Shown here: in pieces, positions 25,570 through 34,175 of the stretch
Layout of the letters: each line of letters starts with the position of its first letter
How positions within the stretch are numbered: the stretch's first letter is position 1
Origin: Deltaproteobacteria bacterium
GTDB taxonomy: Bacteria; Desulfobacterota; Desulfuromonadia; Desulfuromonadales; JAAYDE01
Length of the DNA: 64,000 nt
Assembly: GCA_012729375.1 (NCBI GenBank)
Contig: JAAYDE010000073.1
Location: 18,763 to 82,762, forward strand
Reading direction: 5' to 3'
Translations under genes and position numbers: made by a program
Notes under the pieces: generated by a model
Databases searched by the model: none
Told to the model about the DNA's origin: nothing
Seen by the model: only the letters and a program-made list of their open reading frames with translations

Positions 25570-25689
25570 GGCCCTCCCCTTGACAAAACCGGTTATTTTT
25601 TCCTTTAACACAGAGCCGTTTACAAATCAAGAAGCGATCCCCGGGACTTATTCTCCGACAGGCGATCCACAGACTTGCCAACAGATTGC

Positions 25690-25705
25690 AAACAATATGT
25701 TGTGG
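25690..25705. promoter_or_regulatory. NrdR box 1
   Basis: AAACAATATGTTGTGG matches the NrdR-box palindrome type acaCwAtATaTwGtgt. Confidence 0.65.
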
Positions 25706-25721
25706 GGCAACGTAAAACAAA

Positions 25722-25737
25722 AAACAACATATTGTGT
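25722..25737. promoter_or_regulatory. NrdR box 2
   Basis: AAACAACATATTGTGT. Its core is the reverse complement of the box 1 core. Centre-to-centre spacing is 32 bp (about 3 helical turns), and it lies 72 nt upstream of the nrdD ATG. Confidence 0.65.
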
Positions 25738-25808
25738 TTTTCCGCCTTGACTCTGTGCTTGACTCTGGTAAATTGAGAGGCGGTTTATCATCCTTGAATG
25801 GAGGAAAG

Positions 25809-27797
25809 ATGCTGGAATTCATCCGTAAAAGGGACGGCCGCCTGGCTCCTTTTGAGGAAGAGAAAATTGCCCAGGCCATCATCAAGGCGGTCAAGGCGGT
25901 CGGCGGTGAGGATTTTGAAAAGGCCCGCCAGATCTGCCGTCAGGTGGTGGGTTATCTGGCCATCTTTTACAAAGACGAGCGCATCCCCACCGTAGAGAAT
26001 GTCCAGGACCTGGTCGAGAAATGCCTGATCGAGAACGGCCACGCCAAGGTCGCCAAGGCCTACATCCTCTACCGCAAACAGCGGGAAAGCCTGCGGGAAA
26101 CCCGCGAGTTCATGAAAAAATCGATCGAATCGATCGATTCCTATCTGACCCAGGAGGATTGGCGGGTCCATGAAAACGCCAACATGGGCTATTCCCTGCA
26201 GGGACTCAACAACCACATCGCCTCCAACATCACCAGCAACTACTGGCTCAACAAGATTTACCCCTCCTACATCGCCGCAGCTCACATCAACGGCGATTTC
26301 CACATCCATGACCTCGGCATGCTGTCGGTTTACTGCTGCGGCTGGGATCTTCGCGACCTGCTGATCAAGGGGTTCGCCGGCGCCTACGGCAAGGTGCAGA
26401 GCGGACCGCCGCGCCATTTTCGCACGGCGTTGGGCCAGGCCGTCAATTTTTTCTACACCCTGCAGGGGGAATCGGCCGGCGCCCAGGCCTTCGCCAACTT
26501 CGACACCCTCCTGGCCCCCTTCATCCGCTACGACGACCTCGACTATACGGATGTCAAACAGGCCGTCCAGGAATTCATCTTCAACATGAACGTGCCCACC
26601 CGGGTGGGTTTCCAGACCCCCTTCACCAACATCACCCTGGACATGACCCCTCCCGCCACCCTGGGCCGGGAGGCGGTCATCATCGGCGGCAAGGCCATGG
26701 ACGCCTGCTACGGCGATTTTCAGGAAGAGATGGATCTCTTCAACCGCGCCTTCTGCGAGGTGATGATGCAGGGGGACTATTCGGGGCGCATCTTCTCCTT
26801 TCCCATCCCCACCTACAACATCACCCGCAGCCTCGATTGGGAGAGCGCCCGTTTCCAGCCGATCTGGGAGATGACCGCCAAATACGGCATTCCTTATTTC
26901 AGCAATTTCATCAATTCCGATATGGATCCCGAGGACGCGCGGTCGATGTGCTGCCGTCTCCGGTTGGACAACCGCGAGTTGCGCCGGCGCGGCGGCGGCC
27001 TGTTCGGCTCCAACCCGCTGACCGGTTCCATCGGCGTGGTCACCCTCAACCTTCCCCGCGCCGCCCACCAGGCCCGAACGAAGCAAGCCTTCCTGGAGCG
27101 GATCGGCGAACTGATGAAACTGGCGGCGGAATCCCTGGTCATCAAACGCAAACAGCTGGAGCGCTTCACCGAGGATGGCCTCTACCCCTTCAGCCGCTTT
27201 TACCTCTCCGCCATCCGCGGCCGATCGGGACAATATTGGGACAACCATTTTTCCACCATCGGCCTGATCGGCATGAACGAGGCCTGCCTCAACCTCCTCG
27301 GGCGCAGCATCGCCACTGCCGAGGGAAAAGCCCTGGCCGAAGAAACCCTGCTCTTCATGCGCGACCGGCTGGCCGCTTTCCAGGAGGAGACCGGCCATCT
27401 TTTTAACCTCGAGGCGACTCCCGGCGAGGGGACCAGTTTCCGTTTGGCCAAAAAGGACCGTCAGCTCTACCCCGACCTGATCACCGCTGGCCGTGCCGAG
27501 CCCTATTACACCAATTCCTCGCAGCTGCCGGTCGGTGCCACCGATGACATTTTCGGGGCCCTCACCCACCAGGACAGACTGCAGACCCTTTACACCGGCG
27601 GCACGGTTTTTCACGGCTTTCTCGGCGAGCGCCTCGAGGACTGGAAGAGCGCCCGCCTGCTGGTGAAACGGATCGCGGAGAATTTCCACCTGCCCTATTT
27701 CACCATCAGTCCGACCTTCACCATCTGCCCGGTGCATGGCTATATCGCCGGCGAACACTTTGACTGTCCCTATGCCCAGGAAGGATCGTTTCCCTGA
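25809..27797 (+). CDS. nrdD: Anaerobic ribonucleoside-triphosphate reductase NrdD, large part lacking the glycyl-radical tail
   Basis: ATP-cone MLEFIRKRDGRLAPFEEEKI. Class III RNR core (NSDMDPEDARSMCCRL, EATPGEG, LPYFTISPTFTICPVHGY). Ends at TGA 27795..27797 before any RVxG motif. Confidence 0.9.
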   Translation: MLEFIRKRDGRLAPFEEEKIAQAIIKAVKAVGGEDFEKARQICRQVVGYLAIFYKDERIPTVENVQDLVEKCLIENGHAKVAKAYILYRKQRESLRETREFMKKSIESIDSYLTQEDWRVHENANMGYSLQGLNNHIASNITSNYWLNKIYPSYIAAAHINGDFHIHDLGMLSVYCCGWDLRDLLIKGFAGAYGKVQSGPPRHFRTALGQAVNFFYTLQGESAGAQAFANFDTLLAPFIRYDDLDYTDVKQAVQEFIFNMNVPTRVGFQTPFTNITLDMTPPATLGREAVIIGGKAMDACYGDFQEEMDLFNRAFCEVMMQGDYSGRIFSFPIPTYNITRSLDWESARFQPIWEMTAKYGIPYFSNFINSDMDPEDARSMCCRLRLDNRELRRRGGGLFGSNPLTGSIGVVTLNLPRAAHQARTKQAFLERIGELMKLAAESLVIKRKQLERFTEDGLYPFSRFYLSAIRGRSGQYWDNHFSTIGLIGMNEACLNLLGRSIATAEGKALAEETLLFMRDRLAAFQEETGHLFNLEATPGEGTSFRLAKKDRQLYPDLITAGRAEPYYTNSSQLPVGATDDIFGALTHQDRLQTLYTGGTVFHGFLGERLEDWKSARLLVKRIAENFHLPYFTISPTFTICPVHGYIAGEHFDCPYAQEGSFP

Positions 27798-27854
27798 CGT
27801 TTTCCCCCTAGCGGCATGTTGCCGCGCTGTTGACGATTCTCAAGGAGACCTGCC

Positions 27855-28007
27855 ATGGCTCAGAAATGTACCGCTAAAACCGAGGTGTATTCCCGCGTAT
27901 GCGGATTTTTCCGCCCCGTTCAGCAATGGAACAAAGGGAAAAAAGAAGAATTCCAGGACCGCCGCGAGTTCTCTCTCAATCCCTCCTTCCCCGAAAAGAA
28001 AGAGTAG
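27855..28007 (+). CDS. 50-codon ORF encoding the NrdD C-terminal glycyl-radical loop
   Basis: Not in the ORF track (under 60 aa). AAGGAGA RBS 6 nt upstream. Reads MAQKCTAKTEVYSRVCGFFRPVQQWNKGKKEEFQDRREFSLNPSFPEKKE. Same reading frame as nrdD. Confidence 0.7.
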   Translation: MAQKCTAKTEVYSRVCGFFRPVQQWNKGKKEEFQDRREFSLNPSFPEKKE

Positions 28008-28013
28008 CGGGCG

Positions 28014-28718
28014 GTGACGATCAAAGGTTTCCAGGGCACCAGCCTCCTCGACTACCCCGGTAAAATCAGTTCCCTGCTCTTTTTCGGCGGCTGCAACCTG
28101 ACCTGCCCTTTCTGCCACAACCCAGGTCTGGTCCTCGACCCCGGCCAATACCCCGACCACCCTCGGGAGCAAATCCTCGCAGAGCTGGAGTCCCGGCGCC
28201 CCTTCATCGATGCCGTGGTGATCTCCGGCGGCGAACCGACCCTCGCCCCCGACCTGGAAGAACTCCTGCAGGAGGTCAAAAATCTCGGCCTCTGCGTCAA
28301 ACTCGACACCAACGGTCTGCGGCCGGAGGTTCTGGAAAACCTGCTGCGCCGGCAATTGGTCGATTTCGTCGCCGTCGATATCAAAACCTCTCTGGACCGC
28401 TACCCTGAGCTGCATTCCCGGCCCGTCGAAGCGGCCGCCCTGGCGGGAAGCATCCGGCTGCTCTTGCGTCCCCCATCAACTTCGGTGGCATATGAATTCC
28501 GCACCACCTGTGTTCCCGGCCTGGTCGAAGAAAGGGATCTGGAAGCCATGGGCCGCGCCATTCGCGGCGCCCGCCGCTGGGTTTTGCAGCAGTACGTCCC
28601 CGGCCACGCCCTGAACAACTCCTGGCGCCTGCTGGAACCCCATTCCACCGAAAAACTTCATCATTTCGCTGCCAAAGCGAAAAATTTTGCGGCCGAGGTT
28701 CTGCTCCGCGGAGTATAA
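28014..28718 (+). CDS. nrdG: Anaerobic RNR activating enzyme NrdG (radical SAM)
   Basis: SLLDYPGKISSLLFFGGCNLTCPFCHNP (CxxxCxxC). GTG start. Confidence 0.88.
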   Translation: MTIKGFQGTSLLDYPGKISSLLFFGGCNLTCPFCHNPGLVLDPGQYPDHPREQILAELESRRPFIDAVVISGGEPTLAPDLEELLQEVKNLGLCVKLDTNGLRPEVLENLLRRQLVDFVAVDIKTSLDRYPELHSRPVEAAALAGSIRLLLRPPSTSVAYEFRTTCVPGLVEERDLEAMGRAIRGARRWVLQQYVPGHALNNSWRLLEPHSTEKLHHFAAKAKNFAAEVLLRGV

Positions 28719-28867
28719 TGGCCGCGCTTTGAAAACCGTTCATAAATTGGCCGGCGCCCGAACAGCCGCACTGAAGCTTTGCCGCCTCGATTTTCCGATA
28801 CCTTATCCGCCCCCTCTGCCTTCGGTTTCCTGTGGTGGTTTTAAGCGGTACTTTGTTAGGAGATGAA

Positions 28868-29131
28868 ATGGAGGAGGACCTGACCTATCCCAAGGAGGAC
28901 GAGGATCTGAAGCGCCGCGTGGCAGGCGAGGTGCTGCGCCTCCTCGAACAAGGGGGAGAAATGCCGTCCGTTGCGGAAGTGGTGGAAATTATCGAGGGTG
29001 TCTGCTCGAAGGTCCACGCCCTGATGCGCCGCGAGGAACTCCCCCTGCGGCGGATCGACCTCCGCAAGGAGACCGAAAGCTGTTTGAACAACCGAGGAAA
29101 GAACCGGGGAGAGCCGGAAACCGGCGGCTGA
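28868..29131 (+). CDS. Small acidic hypothetical protein
   Basis: AGGAGA RBS 5 nt before ATG 28868. No recognisable family. Confidence 0.4.
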   Translation: MEEDLTYPKEDEDLKRRVAGEVLRLLEQGGEMPSVAEVVEIIEGVCSKVHALMRREELPLRRIDLRKETESCLNNRGKNRGEPETGG

Positions 29132-29217
29132 TCCCTGCGGCGGCCTTCCTGCCCGAAACGCCGCCGCGACGATAAAAAAATGTCCAATGCCGATCGCCAG
29201 GGAGAACAGCGGACACC

Positions 29218-29967
29218 ATGATGAACTATCTTGAAAGGGAGCGAGCCATGAATCAGCGAAGAACCGTTGAAGCCTTCCTCCTGGGCCTGTTTATCTGTGG
29301 AGGATTGATCGGACTGGGCTATCTCGTTTCCAAGGGCGTTCTGGAGATGAAAAAATTGGAACGGACCGTCACCGTCAAAGGTCTCTCGGAGCGCGAAGCC
29401 CCGGCCGATATCGCCATCTGGCCGATTTCCTTCAGCGAGGCCGACAATGATCTGAGCGCCCTTTACGGGACCATCCAGAAGAAAACCGACATCATCTCCA
29501 CCTTTCTCAAGGACAACGGCTTCACCGAGGCGGACATCTCCATTGCCGTTCCCAACATCGTCGACCGCGAGGCGCAAAGCTACGGCGATACCAGCCGCAT
29601 CAAGTACCGCTACACGGCCACGGCCAACCTCTCGGTCTACTCCACCAAGGTGGACGAAATCCGCAAGGCCATGAAAAAGATCGTTGAACTGATCGAAAAG
29701 GGAATCGCCCTGGCGGGCCAGGATTATCAGGCCAGGCCCCAATTCCTGTTCACCAAGCTGAACGACCTCAAGCCGGAGATGATCGAGGAAGCAACCCGCA
29801 ACGCCCGCGAAGTGGCGGAGAAATTCGCCAAGGATTCCAACAGTCGCCTCGGCAAGATCAGAAAAGCCTCCCAGGGGCAGTTCTCCATCGACGACCGCGA
29901 CAGCGACACCCCGCACATCAAAAAGGTCCGCGTGGTCTCGACGGTGGAATATTATCTGTCTGACTGA
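29218..29967 (+). CDS. SIMPL (DUF541) domain protein with N-terminal membrane anchor
   Basis: Anchor FLLGLFICGGLIGLGYL. KIRKASQGQFSI...VRVVSTVEYYL is typical of SIMPL/26-kDa periplasmic antigen proteins. Confidence 0.7.
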   Translation: MMNYLERERAMNQRRTVEAFLLGLFICGGLIGLGYLVSKGVLEMKKLERTVTVKGLSEREAPADIAIWPISFSEADNDLSALYGTIQKKTDIISTFLKDNGFTEADISIAVPNIVDREAQSYGDTSRIKYRYTATANLSVYSTKVDEIRKAMKKIVELIEKGIALAGQDYQARPQFLFTKLNDLKPEMIEEATRNAREVAEKFAKDSNSRLGKIRKASQGQFSIDDRDSDTPHIKKVRVVSTVEYYLSD

Positions 29968-30125
29968 TCGAAAACGGCTTCGCCGCTGAATGGGCGACAG
30001 GCCCTCCCCCCCGCTGCGCCGGTACTTCTTCGCTTAGCCGGTTCACTCGCCCCGCAAGCGGCCTTCGCCCGCGGGGCCTTTTCCCCGGCAACCGCTTGCC
30101 AACGCCATTAGACAAGAGGATGACC

Positions 30126-30908
30126 ATGACCATCCCCCTCTACCAGGTCGACGCCTTCACCGGCACACTCTTCGCCGGCAATCCAGCCGCCGTTGTTTTC
30201 CCCTCCGCGGAACTTTCTGCCGCAACCATGCAGGCCATCGCCGCCGAGAACAACCTGGCCGAGACCGCTTTTGTTCTCCCCGCTGAAGACGGCTTCCGGA
30301 TTCGTTGGTTCACCCCTTCGGTCGAGGTCGATCTGTGCGGCCACGCCACCCTGGCTTCGGCCCATGTCCTCTTCAGCCACCGGGGTTTCCCCTGGGAAAC
30401 GATCTCCTTCTCTTCCAAAAGCGGTACCTTGCAGGTGCGCAAAGACGGCGAACTGCTGGTCCTCGATTTCCCCGCCGATACCCTTTGCGCCGTGGAAATC
30501 CCGCCGGGGCTGAGCGCTGGTCTCGGTGTCGAACCCCGTGAGATCTATCGGGGAAAAGATGATTACCTGGCCGTCCTCGGGGATGAAAAGGAAATTGCCG
30601 GCCTGGCCCCGAACACGGCCCGTCTGAGCGCCGTCCACTGCCGGGGGGTGATCGTCACCGCCCCGGGGTCGGGTGTCGATTTCGTTTCCCGTTTCTTTGC
30701 CCCCCGGATCGGCATCAACGAAGACCCGGTCACCGGCTCCGCCCATACCGCTCTGGTTCCCTACTGGGCCAAACGCCTGGGGAAAACCCGCCTGCGGGCA
30801 CGGCAGCTCTCTCCCCGGGGCGGCGAACTGAACTGCCGCGATTGCGGCGCGAGAGTCGAAATCGCCGGCCGGGCGGTGACCTATCTGATCGGGGAGATCG
30901 TCCTGTGA
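30126..30908 (+). CDS. PhzF family isomerase
   Basis: IPLYQVDAFTGTLFAGNPAAVV, ETAFV, CGHATLA and EDPVTGSAH motifs. Confidence 0.85.
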   Translation: MTIPLYQVDAFTGTLFAGNPAAVVFPSAELSAATMQAIAAENNLAETAFVLPAEDGFRIRWFTPSVEVDLCGHATLASAHVLFSHRGFPWETISFSSKSGTLQVRKDGELLVLDFPADTLCAVEIPPGLSAGLGVEPREIYRGKDDYLAVLGDEKEIAGLAPNTARLSAVHCRGVIVTAPGSGVDFVSRFFAPRIGINEDPVTGSAHTALVPYWAKRLGKTRLRARQLSPRGGELNCRDCGARVEIAGRAVTYLIGEIVL

Positions 30909-30971
30909 GGGGAGTCGGGTGGGAGAAAGCCGGTTTCTTTTTCCTGGGGAAACTCTTCAGCCTGTCACCCT

Positions 30972-31439
30972 TCAGGCGATGACATAGGCCCCCGTGCCCA
31001 CGGCGATCAGGCTGTCGCGGTCGTTGTGCAGCTCGACCCGGCTGACCGCCACCTTGCGGCCGATCCTCAGGATGTGCCCCGTGGCCACAAACCACTTGCC
31101 GAGGCCGGGGCGCAGGTAATCGACCCGCAGGTCGATGGTGCCGAGTTTGCCGAACAGGGCCAGTTTTTTCTCCAGAGGCTCTCCCGCCAGGTGACGCTGG
31201 GAGCCGATGAAAGCCACCAGGCCGCCGGTGACATCGATGACGGTGGAAATGACCCCGCCGTGGAGGGTGCCGCGCTGGTAGTTGCCCACCAGTTCCTCGC
31301 GCATTGCGAAGCGGACCCGGGGATTTTCCGGATCGAGGGAGTCAACCTTGAGACCCAGCATTCTGTTGAAAGGTATCTTGTCGTCGAAAATGCCCTGGAT
31401 GATGGGCAGAATGTCCTCTCCGTTTCCTGCCTCGGACAT
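30972..31439 (-). CDS. PaaI/YigI-like hotdog-fold thioesterase
   Basis: PFNRMLGLKV...GTLHGGVISTVIDVTGG, the hotdog thioesterase signature. Confidence 0.8.
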   Translation of the reverse strand: MSEAGNGEDILPIIQGIFDDKIPFNRMLGLKVDSLDPENPRVRFAMREELVGNYQRGTLHGGVISTVIDVTGGLVAFIGSQRHLAGEPLEKKLALFGKLGTIDLRVDYLRPGLGKWFVATGHILRIGRKVAVSRVELHNDRDSLIAVGTGAYVIA

Positions 31440-31454
31440 GAAAATATCCTCCTT

Positions 31455-32345
31455 TCAATAAAACTCCGACCGGTCATCGGCCGTCTCCCGGAACCAGCGG
31501 GGATGGCGGGCCGCCTCTTGCAGAGCCGCTTCCGCCTGAGCGATGATGCGATGCCGATCCTTGGGATAGGTGCCGGAAAGAAACAGCAGGTTGGAAACGT
31601 GATCGGAGCGCAGGATGGTTCCGCGGGGTTCCAGGCGGCGGACCATATGCAGTGCCTCCCCGAGGATTGCGCCGTTGGTGAGGGGCTCGATCAAGGAAAA
31701 ATAGCCGTCGTTGCCGCCGCGCATCAGGGTCAACAGGGAAAAATAACGGGGTGAGAGGGCGCTGATCCATGCCGCCGTGGCCTCGGCATGCTCGACACTG
31801 CGCGCCTTGCCGGCCAGCCCCAGAACGGCGGTGACCGAGAGCTTCATTGCCGCCTGCTGGGCCTTTTGGCAGTGCCCGAGCATTTCCCCGGCAGTGAAAC
31901 CCTTGCCTGCCAAGCGAAGGGTTTCACCATCACCGCTTTCCAGACCGAAGTAGAGAAGACGCAATTTCCTATCGCGAAGCTGCTCCAGTTCCTGCCGGCT
32001 CTTGGCTGCCAAACTTTTCGGCGAGGCATAGGCGGCCACGCGGGTCAGTCCGGGCAAGGCTGCGGCAAGACTGTCCAGAAGCCTCACCAGCTCCCCCTGA
32101 GGATAGATCAGCCCATCACCATCGCCGATGAAAACCCGCCGGACCAGATTCCGAAAGGATGCCGGTATGGATTCGACCTCCGCCAGCAGCTCCCAAAAGG
32201 GCCGGATCCGGAAGCGCTTGGTCTTGTACATGCCACAAAAGCGGCAGAGGTTGTGGGAACAGCCGATGGTCGCCTGAAGAATAAGGGAATCGGCCTCGGC
32301 GGGCGGGCGGAATACCGGCTCATCGTATGGAAAGAAACAATTCAT
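31455..32345 (-). CDS. Radical SAM protein with Cx4Cx2C cluster motif
   Basis: ILQATIGCSHNLCRFCGMYK, FIGDGDGL and YFGLESGD. The internal ATG 32345 was chosen over the track start 32531. The next gene follows after 16 nt. Confidence 0.75.
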   Translation of the reverse strand: MNCFFPYDEPVFRPPAEADSLILQATIGCSHNLCRFCGMYKTKRFRIRPFWELLAEVESIPASFRNLVRRVFIGDGDGLIYPQGELVRLLDSLAAALPGLTRVAAYASPKSLAAKSRQELEQLRDRKLRLLYFGLESGDGETLRLAGKGFTAGEMLGHCQKAQQAAMKLSVTAVLGLAGKARSVEHAEATAAWISALSPRYFSLLTLMRGGNDGYFSLIEPLTNGAILGEALHMVRRLEPRGTILRSDHVSNLLFLSGTYPKDRHRIIAQAEAALQEAARHPRWFRETADDRSEFY

Positions 32346-32544
32346 GGGAACTCGAAAAAATTTTTCGTGGCGAAGGATGGCAGGCCAAGCATAGGCCGAT
32401 TTGTACGTTCCCTGCCGGCATTTGTCAACGGGAGACAGGGAATGGTCCCACACAATATGACTGCCCACAGACCCCGGAACGACAGGACAACATCGACAGG
32501 AAGAGCAAAAAAAGACTATACTCAGGTTCAATCAGAGAAAAACC

Positions 32545-33021
32545 TTGCGCCAAACAATGCATCCGGATATCGCCATGCCATCAGGTAACGCCCTCGACCA
32601 TTTTCACCGCGACATCTCCTACCATGTGAGCATGGCGGACGACAAAACCATCGCCCTGATGGGAACCCTGCGCGACCGCTACCACGACATCGAGATCGAG
32701 ATCCTCGTCGACAGCCGCTTCTTGAAAATTACCGCTCTTAACACCTTTTTCCGCGCCGTCCCCTCCCCCTTCTGCCATGATGTCGAAAAACGCCTGCAAC
32801 TGCTCAGGGGCGCGGAAATCGCCCGCGGTATCAACCGGCGCATCGCCGAAGTCCTGGGCGGGCCGGAAGGCTGCGGCAACCTGAGAAGCATGCTGATGGG
32901 CATGCTCCCTCTGGCCATCAACGCCCGCGCCGCCGCCGGCCTCGACGACGAAAGCCGCATGCTGGAGGTGATGCACGAGCAGATGAGAGGAACCTGCGCC
33001 GGCTTCCCGGAAAACGGCTAG
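32545..33021 (+). CDS. DUF2889-like protein
   Basis: 158 aa with C-terminal GPEGCGNLRSMLMGMLPLAINA, characteristic of DUF2889 (recalled from memory). Confidence 0.5.
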   Translation: MRQTMHPDIAMPSGNALDHFHRDISYHVSMADDKTIALMGTLRDRYHDIEIEILVDSRFLKITALNTFFRAVPSPFCHDVEKRLQLLRGAEIARGINRRIAEVLGGPEGCGNLRSMLMGMLPLAINARAAAGLDDESRMLEVMHEQMRGTCAGFPENG

Positions 33022-33077
33022 AAAACGATTACGGCAGAATCCTCGCCGTCCCCATCCCCTCTTCTCCCATATTAATT

Positions 33078-33107
33078 TTGACAACCGGTTGTCCGGGATT
33101 GTATATT
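33078..33107 (+). promoter_or_regulatory. Sigma70-type promoter of the cbi operon
   Basis: TTGACA (33078..33083), 18 nt spacer, TATATT (33102..33107). Confidence 0.6.
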
Positions 33108-33111
33108 TCCT

Positions 33112-33320
33112 CCGTACGAGTTCCCGTTTTCGGGATTGATAGGGAAGACGGTGAGAATCCGTCGCGGACCCGCCGCCGTAACCGGAGACGAACCCCGCAA
33201 CAGCCACTGTCCCTTGCCGGGTGCAGGAAAAAGATCTTTTCCGCAGCCCTTTGGGGATGGGAAGGCGCGGCCAGTAGGATGACCCGGAAGCCGGAAGACC
33301 TGCTCGGATTGATGACATTG
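33112..33320 (+). promoter_or_regulatory. Cobalamin riboswitch (aptamer) no. 1
   Basis: Conserved elements TAGGGAAGACGGTGAGAATCCGTC, B12 box AGCCACTGTCCC, GGGAAGGCG and CCGGAAGACCTGC. Confidence 0.88.
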
Positions 33321-33366
33321 GCATTCTCCCCGGGTTTCGGGAGGATCTGTCATGGGACGAAAATCG

Positions 33367-33407
33367 GCGTCCGCGTCTCTTTTTCAGGGTTGCGGACGCT
33401 TTTTTTT
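33367..33407 (+). terminator. Riboswitch expression-platform terminator
   Basis: GCGTCCGC / GCGGACGC stem followed by TTTTTTTT, 30 nt before cbiL. Confidence 0.8.
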
Positions 33408-33438
33408 GCCCGTATTCTCCCATCCCCGGCATACGCCA

Positions 33439-34175
33439 TGGAGCACAGCACCATGAACATCCCACTCGGCAAACTTTACGGCGTCGGCGTCGGCCCCGGC
33501 GACCCGCAGCTGTTGACTCTCAAAGCCGTCGCCATCTTCCGCAAGGTTCAGGTCATCTTCGCCATCACCGGACCTAACAGCCAGGAGAGCGTTTCCGGGG
33601 GAATTCTCAAAGAATTGGGCGACTGCCGGGCGCGCCGGGAAAACCTCCTTTTCTCCATGGCCGGATCCATGGAGGAACGGATCGCCTGCTGGGAACAGGC
33701 CGCCCAACGGGTGACCGAGGTGCTCGCCGCCGGCGAGGACGCGGCCATCGCTATCCTCGGCGATCCCCTGATCTACAGCACCTTCGGTTATCTGCGCCGG
33801 CAGATCCTGAGGCGGCTGCCCGAGGCGCCCATCGAGGTGGTGCCGGGGATCACCTCCTTTCAGGCGGCCGCCGCCCTGCGCGGCGAGCCGCTGGTCGAAA
33901 ACCGGGAGATCCTCACCGTCATTCCGGCCCTGGAGAACTCCGGCGCCAATCGGGAAGCGCTGAAAAACACCGACACCGCGGTTCTTCTCAAAACCTACCG
34001 CAACCGCGACGACCATATTCGCCAGGTGATCGAAACCATGGCGCCGGCCAGCCTCCTTTACGCGGCCCGCATCGGCCACAACGGGGCGGTTCTGGAAACC
34101 GATCCCGGCGCCATCGCGGCCCTGCCCGCCGATTACCTTTCCCTGCTGATCGCCAAAAGGACCGCCGATGCCTAG
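33439..34175 (+). CDS. cbiL: Cobalt-factor II (precorrin-2) C20-methyltransferase
   Basis: LYGVGVGPGDPQLLTLKA and ILGDPLIYSTF. The track ORF start 33078 would run through the riboswitch and was rejected. Confidence 0.85.

Noticed and set aside
27795-27833. Selenocysteine recoding of the two in-frame UGA codons in the nrdD linker.
   Set aside because: The only nearby structure is a 6-bp/3-nt-loop hairpin (27811..27825), far smaller than a bacterial SECIS, and nothing comparable follows the second UGA. The downstream ORF has its own good RBS. I keep it only as a minor alternative inside the finding.
33078-33438. N-terminal 120-aa extension of cbiL suggested by the ORF track. Similar long 5' extensions appear at 34308, 35921, 41734, 43416, 44093, 45435, 14532, 21392..22690 and 22885..24264.
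   Set aside because: The extensions overlap the riboswitch or the preceding genes in another frame. They have Arg/Pro/Gly-rich nonsense composition. Internal ATGs with ATGA/TGATG coupling or RBSs give products that start exactly at the conserved N-termini.
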